A stretch of 64,000 nt of DNA from the human T2T-CHM13v2.0 reference genome, Homo sapiens, in the NCBI RefSeq assembly GCF_009914755.1, contig NC_060928.1. One strand, 5' to 3'. The position numbers and the translations under genes were made by a program. The notes beneath the pieces are model-generated. The model saw only the letters and a program-made list of their open reading frames with translations, did no database searches and had not been told where the DNA came from. How positions within the stretch are numbered: the stretch's first letter is position 1; each line of letters opens with the position of its first letter. Below are positions 58,051-64,000 of this stretch, one piece after another.

Positions 58051-58502
58051 TGTTAAACAATAAAACAGTGAATCCCCTGAGCCGACTATGGCCAGTTAAG
58101 CCATGGAGGCAACCTTGACCTTTTGCAAACATAAGCACAACTTAACTAGGGCTATTCGCTAACATAAGTGAAACTTAACTTGAGCTAGTTCTTGCAAATG
58201 CTTTCTTATATTAAAGAAAAGTGAAACTTCAGCTTAACCAACTAATTTATAGTTACCAACTAATTTATAGTTATATAACTAGGGACTTTCAATGGGATAG
58301 ACCAAAAAGGTCACTAAATAATTGTAACCAATCAAGTATTTGCTTTGCTTTGCTTCCAGTTCACTCTATAAAAGGTTTTTTTTTTTTTTTTCATTCCCTC
58401 AGCAGAGGCCAAAAACCACCTTCAGTTTGGTGCCTCCTAATTCACCGTTTGCTCAAATACACTCTTTAAAGATTTCATTGTGCCTTAGTTTACCTTTTAA
58501 AA
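58051..58502 (+). mobile_element. ERV1-class solo LTR (MER34/MER39-like)
   Basis: Starts tgttaaa; contains tgtaaccaatca and tataaaa; ends gctcaaatacactctttaaagattt...taccttttaa. Includes an 18-bp tandem duplication (accaactaatttatagtt)x2. Confidence 0.6.
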
Positions 58503-59064
58503 GCATTTATAGAAAATGTGAATTTCTATGTGCCATAGAGATAGATGCCCAGATTAAGTAAACCAGTGGCCCCATCAATAACTGTTATAATTTAAAAGAC
58601 ACTGAAAAAACTTCTAAAAGTGCAATCTTAGTTTAATTGTTACTTTTGAGGTAACTCAAGTGCCACAAATATCTTCAAAATGAGCTACCATCATATGGTA
58701 TTATTCAGGTGGCTGATAACTGGCAATTCTCTGTGTCCACAACACCTAAGGCCATGGCGAAGTTTTCAGTAAGATAAAAATTGGGACTTGGTTCAGTGTA
58801 AATTTTTCTTTTATGAAGAATTACCATGCTAGCCAGATATTCAGAGAAACTTTCCTAAGTGCATTATTTTTCAATGAAAATTCACTGAGTGCTAATTATT
58901 ATAACTGTTATAGGAAAAATACTATGACGACAATTCATCATCCCAAGGGAAAAGGAAAATAGCGTTTGTTAATCACTCATTGTGTGCCAGGAACTGTACA
59001 AGAGGATGCAATCAAACCAAACTAGTGTAAAGTGGATAATATGCATGCTTTAGAAATATGAAAC

Positions 59065-59560
59065 TAATCTTAGACTCTTTCTCTTATAAATAATAGGAAA
59101 TCCATTCCAAACTTTTTAAAGCCAGATGGAATTTGGGGCTCACTGGTGGAAATTCTGGAGTTAGGACTAGCTAAATCATAGCTGAATTTTGGTCTACAGT
59201 AATGTAATCATAACTTATTTTTTTCTTAATCTGGAGGAAAAAATAATGGCTCCTGCATTTTCAATGTTAGCTTCAAAGCCAGGCTTCAAGTGCTGTGAAA
59301 ATAGCTATTCAGCTCTAGATTGCCATCTTTTGAGGATTTAGGGCAGTAAACACAAAAAGCAAGTCTCTTTCCAAAAGTCCCAGTAAAAGTCTCACTGCAA
59401 CATATGGTCTCTGAATGGAGTACATGCCCATGCCTGAACTACACATTGTGGCCAGAGAGAACTCAAGGGCAAATTTGCCTAGGATTATGTCAAGCGCTCT
59501 CCTTCATTTGATAAGTGAAAAAACTTATGCAAAAGACACAGACCTGCAAAGAGGGAGGGT
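59065..59560 (-). mobile_element. Old MaLR LTR (MLT1J/K-like)
   Basis: gtcccagtaaaagtctcactgca...acatgcccatgcctgaactacacattgtggccag. Confidence 0.5.
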
Positions 59561-61049
59561 GATTCCTTAGCATACTAAATTTTTTTAAAGCTTATTCCAC
59601 AGTTTAATTTACTTGGAATCACACTGTAGTAAGCGGCAGAACATGAATTTGGATCTATATCCTTATTACTCCAAAGTATGAGTTTAAGAAAAATCTTTTA
59701 TTTTTAAACTTTTACTAAACTATAATAATATTTATATAGCACTGTAGCAAAATAAGACAAAATCTGTATGACATTTCCTATTGGAGCCTGGAATTGTGTC
59801 TGGTATTTGAAAAGTTGGTATTTAATGCAATCTTATTGAATAAATGAAGTATGTTTACAACTGATGTAAGGTTGAATGCCTTCAACACAAAGTAAATTCT
59901 GAGAGCGGTGCTGTCTTAAACGACTAGAGGAGCAGGAAAAGTTGCATGAATTAAGAGTGATACTGAGTTTGGCTAGGAGATTGATAACAATTAAGAGGAT
60001 CTAAATGAGAATTGGAAAGGGCACTGTAGACAAAATGAGTAATTATGTGAAAGCAGGAAAGTATAGGGGCTACTCAGGTTCTTCTTGGCTGGACCATAAG
60101 ATGTGTGCATATCAACATTAGGATATAAGGCTGCTGAAGGAGGGAGCTTCAATGTAGTTTGGACATGATCTATAAGCAACAAGAAAAAAATCTTCTATTT
60201 TTAAAAGATATTTCAAAAAACTATAATATTATTTATATAGCACTGTAGCAAAATAAGACAAAAATCTGAGTTTTTATTTTCTTTCCTTGGAGTATTATAT
60301 CATTCTAGATATAACATAGAAAGAGGAATCTAGTGGTTTTCTGTTTGGTGAACAGAGTAGAGAACCGTATGGCAAAAATGATAAATATGGAAAACAGGAA
60401 AGAGTAAATTGTGTTTAGAAGTTGAGAGGCAAGGGGCCTCAGCTTAGGGCTGTGTCTGTGAGACTGGGGAGGAACAGATTAATGAACAGTCTTTATGAAG
60501 TTGGACATGAGCAGACAGCAAAAATTACTGTAGGGTCTGCAGGGACTACTGACACAACACTATATTTTTTCTCTCTCCCTTCTGAAATCATTTACCTTTG
60601 GAAGAGGAAAATCAAACTGATCTAAGAGATATTAAATACTTTGTTGAAGGTCTCAAAGGAGCTGGAAATCTAGTTTCCAGGCTAGGTCTGTGTGGTCTCA
60701 AATTCTCACTTCTGCTTGTATCTCATACAAATGAAAAATAATGAAAATTCAAAATGCCAAGAGGACTTCAATTAGGGAAATTTCAACAAATTTTATGAAC
60801 AGTGGCTTTAAGGTAGACTTTGAAGGATTTATTAATATTGGGGAGAGGAAAAACAAAGTTTTCTGCAAGTAAATACAGATAGGCACAAAAATATGGTGTA
60901 GATCTGTTATGAGGAGTTGAGTTTTGTTGTAGTAATAGCATGTAAATGGGAGAAAAGGGAGTGTTGCAAAGGTTGGCTTGGGATAACTTGTAGAGCACAT
61001 CAGTCGTTAGGTTTTACCCCAAGAATGAGGAAATAACTTGAATTCTAGA

Positions 61050-61245
61050 ATGTATTGAGTGGTAAGTCTAAATTTGGACTGAACTGAGTTTATAGCTGGT
61101 TCCAATACATATGAAATGATTCACCATTTGTAGAATGGGAATAAAAATTTATGTTGCTGCTAGTTTTAAATGAGACAGAGCATAAAAATTGCTTAGCTCA
61201 GTATCTGGCATAGAGTAAGTACTCAATGTTTGTTAATCACTATTA
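61050..61245 (+). mobile_element. MIR fragment
   Basis: ccatttgtagaatgggaataaaaa...ttaaatgagac...gcttagctcagtatctggcatagagtaagtactcaat. Confidence 0.6.
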
Positions 61246-64000
61246 ACATATATAATAACCTTAGCAATAAGTACAAAATCTACAATTGAGCAATACAATC
61301 TGAAAGCATGGAAGTGGTATGGTAAACTTAAACTTGATTTGTAAATTCAGACTTTAAAATCGATATTAAAGTAAGGAAATTATAGAGAAACGCTTTCAAT
61401 GAGTATTGTGCATAGGACAAAAGGAAAGTTAGAGATTATTACTGAAACTCTATGTTGGACCATACGAATAAATGGTAGTATAGAGCCTCTACTTTTAGTC
61501 AGTTTCTCATATATCTAGTTCACTTTTCTTTAAAATTGTCATTCATTTACTTCTTACTAAAATTCGTATTCTTGACTTATAAAATCACTGTTTACCATAA
61601 TAAAAAAGTTAATCTTTCAATTATTTACATTATAGACTTAAAATAAAAAATGAATTTTTTAATCTTTTACTTGCATATAGTTAGAAAACTTGTTTCCCTA
61701 ATGAATTTGAAATTTTAACAATGACTTTATTAATAAGAATAAATATTGTTTATTCTCCTTCTGTAAACCAAATATTACGATAGTCCAAAAATGGTTTTCA
61801 AGTATTTTAAAATATTAAAAGATGTTAAAACAGATTAATTTCAAATTTATCTGTTAAAATTGATCTGTTAGTGGTAAAAGTATCAAAAGGATTATCAATA
61901 CGTCATTTTCATCCATGACAGATGACAATTTAGATATAATACAGTTTCTCCACATATCTACTAATTTGCTGGATTTCCTTGTTATGGTTCATTTTAAAGG
62001 CTCAATGTCATCCTTTTCATGTGCTTCAGTTTTGTTTGAACCATATCTTAAAGAACTCTAAAACCTGACATTTTACTGCATTATTTCTTGTTCAAAACGA
62101 AAAGCAAGAAATAAAACATTGTACTAGAAAAAGTAAATGTGAAAGAGTAATCATAGCTGAATTAAATAACATAAAAATGTAATTTAATTTAAATGAAAAG
62201 AGTAATGTGATTATCTGAATATTATCTGTTTGACTCAAAATAACTGGTAATTTCTTTATTGTACATGGATAGCTACAGTGAAGATATATCAGCAGATTTA
62301 CAACTCAACTAAAAAGATACAAAATATTAACTCGGTTGGATTCACAATGAATATTTTTTACAGCCTCTGATCATTGTGAAGATAGAGCATATCAGTGCCA
62401 CCACTGATGCCCACCCAAAACTGCCTGCACAGCCACCATCACTAATTTTACATTTAAATTAATCTTGCTTTTATGGTCAAACAAAATAAAAAAGTGATGT
62501 GTATATAAAATAAGCATTTAGCCACATTCACAGAAAATTTCCAAAATGTTTTACCATTATTTTATGTATGTATTCTCAAAGATAAAATTATTTATTTAAT
62601 GGTATTGCTTTGTTAAGCCACAGTAGAATGCTTTCAGAGTTTCTGTTAAGTTATATACTCCTGTATTTGAAGTTTTATCATTTTAATAACAGTGGCATCA
62701 AGAAAAATTTCATAAATTCATAAAGTAAGATGCTATAATAAAATATATAATGTGCCCTTTTCCTTTGACAGAAAAATAATATATCCACTTAATGATACAA
62801 AGAATTAAAAACCTCAATGTACATTATCTTTTTCTTCACCAAAATTTTATGAGAACTAGCTAATGCTATATATGATTGATTCAAAATATTGCAGTCTACT
62901 GTATTAAATATATGTATTAATAGGCCATGCAATGTACACTTTCAATTCATGTAAGAAAATGCTTAAATTCTCACAATGAGCTCTGCCCCTCTCTTGTGGT
63001 GTATTCATTACATCGTATCTTAACTTCTGACATATTTCTTCATGCATTTTAATTCATATTTGGGAGTGTTTTTACTAATGAGGAAACGGAGTAATCTCTG
63101 CAACCACATAATTGACTTGTTTAGGGTAAAGTAAGTGTGATTTACCATTATCAGCAAACCCAGAATCATATGTAAGACAGAAAAAAAAGTACCTATATAT
63201 GCATATATATTCGCTTATATTTGTATACCATAGCTGTCTCTTAAGAGAATACTGGATCCTGTGAGATGGACAATCCTGTTTTACTGAACACTTTGATGAG
63301 TTAGCATAAGGACCTCTGAGAGAAGAAGCAAGAGCTATTTTACTTTGCATAATAAAACTCAAGAGTCAAATCTGCAATGTGGAGTGTTTCTAAATTATGT
63401 GTTATTAGTGCTCCATTGATTTCTTCAGTAAAAATTTGTTGTAGAATGAGTCTGTTTAGTGTCTTTATTAAATTACAGAGCTTAGAGTCTACCAATAATA
63501 CCTATAAAAACTCTTCCTTTTTAAAATAATTACATATACATATATTAAAAATAACTTGTTCTTTAAATCAAATCGCATTGACCCATACATCAAGAACATT
63601 ACATAGCAAATGTGGGCTAGCAACATGACTAATAAGACATTCTGTGAAAAGAGGTGCAGGTCTATTTTGTTCTTCCACTTTGGACACAAGACTCCTTTCT
63701 TACAAGTGTCAGAGCAGAGCACAGTTAACACAGAACAAAGACCAAGAAGGGAAGCAGACAGGGTTCTCTAACTCAAGAAATAATAAAGGTAACACACTGA
63801 ATAGCACTCTGTTTTTTCTATCTAAGCATTTTACACTCAACGTGTGGCCTGTATTAATATGCTAAAGAAGATTGAAAGTATTGCTTAAAATAAAAGCCAA
63901 TCAGGTAACCATAATGAAAAAAAGAGAGTGGCATTATAGATCAAAGCTTGACAGTTATAGTGTGTTTACTTCATTAGAAATAAGATTAAGAAAGTTATCC

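Overview
This is AT-rich primate genomic DNA (AluJ/S/Y and L1PA repeats; most likely human or another hominoid). The left end holds the terminal exon of FSTL5 on the minus strand: splice acceptor at 2692-2693, coding part 2691->1989, then a ~1.8 kb 3'UTR with a likely distal poly(A) signal at 154-159. The remaining ~61 kb appears to be one large FSTL5 intron; I could not recognise another exon. It is filled with transposable elements: 15 Alus, two near-full-length but dead old L1s (L1PA15-17-like and L1MA2/3-like, both with recognisable TSDs), a rearranged L1MB-like element, an ERVL/MLT2 remnant, several solo LTRs, Tigger2-, MER6- and MER30-type DNA transposons, and MIR/L2 fragments. Apart from the FSTL5 ORF, the ORF track is repeat-derived or chance. 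I found no evidence of a novel protein-coding system. The most unusual signals are structural. There are three short, locally templated, same-orientation duplications without TSDs, one of them sourced next to a 36-bp quasi-palindrome. There is also an internally inverted and deleted L1MB, an L1PA 3' end nested in an older L1 with an apparent target-site deletion, and a possible 5' transduction. Subfamily names were assigned by eye from remembered consensus sequences and need RepeatMasker/Dfam confirmation.
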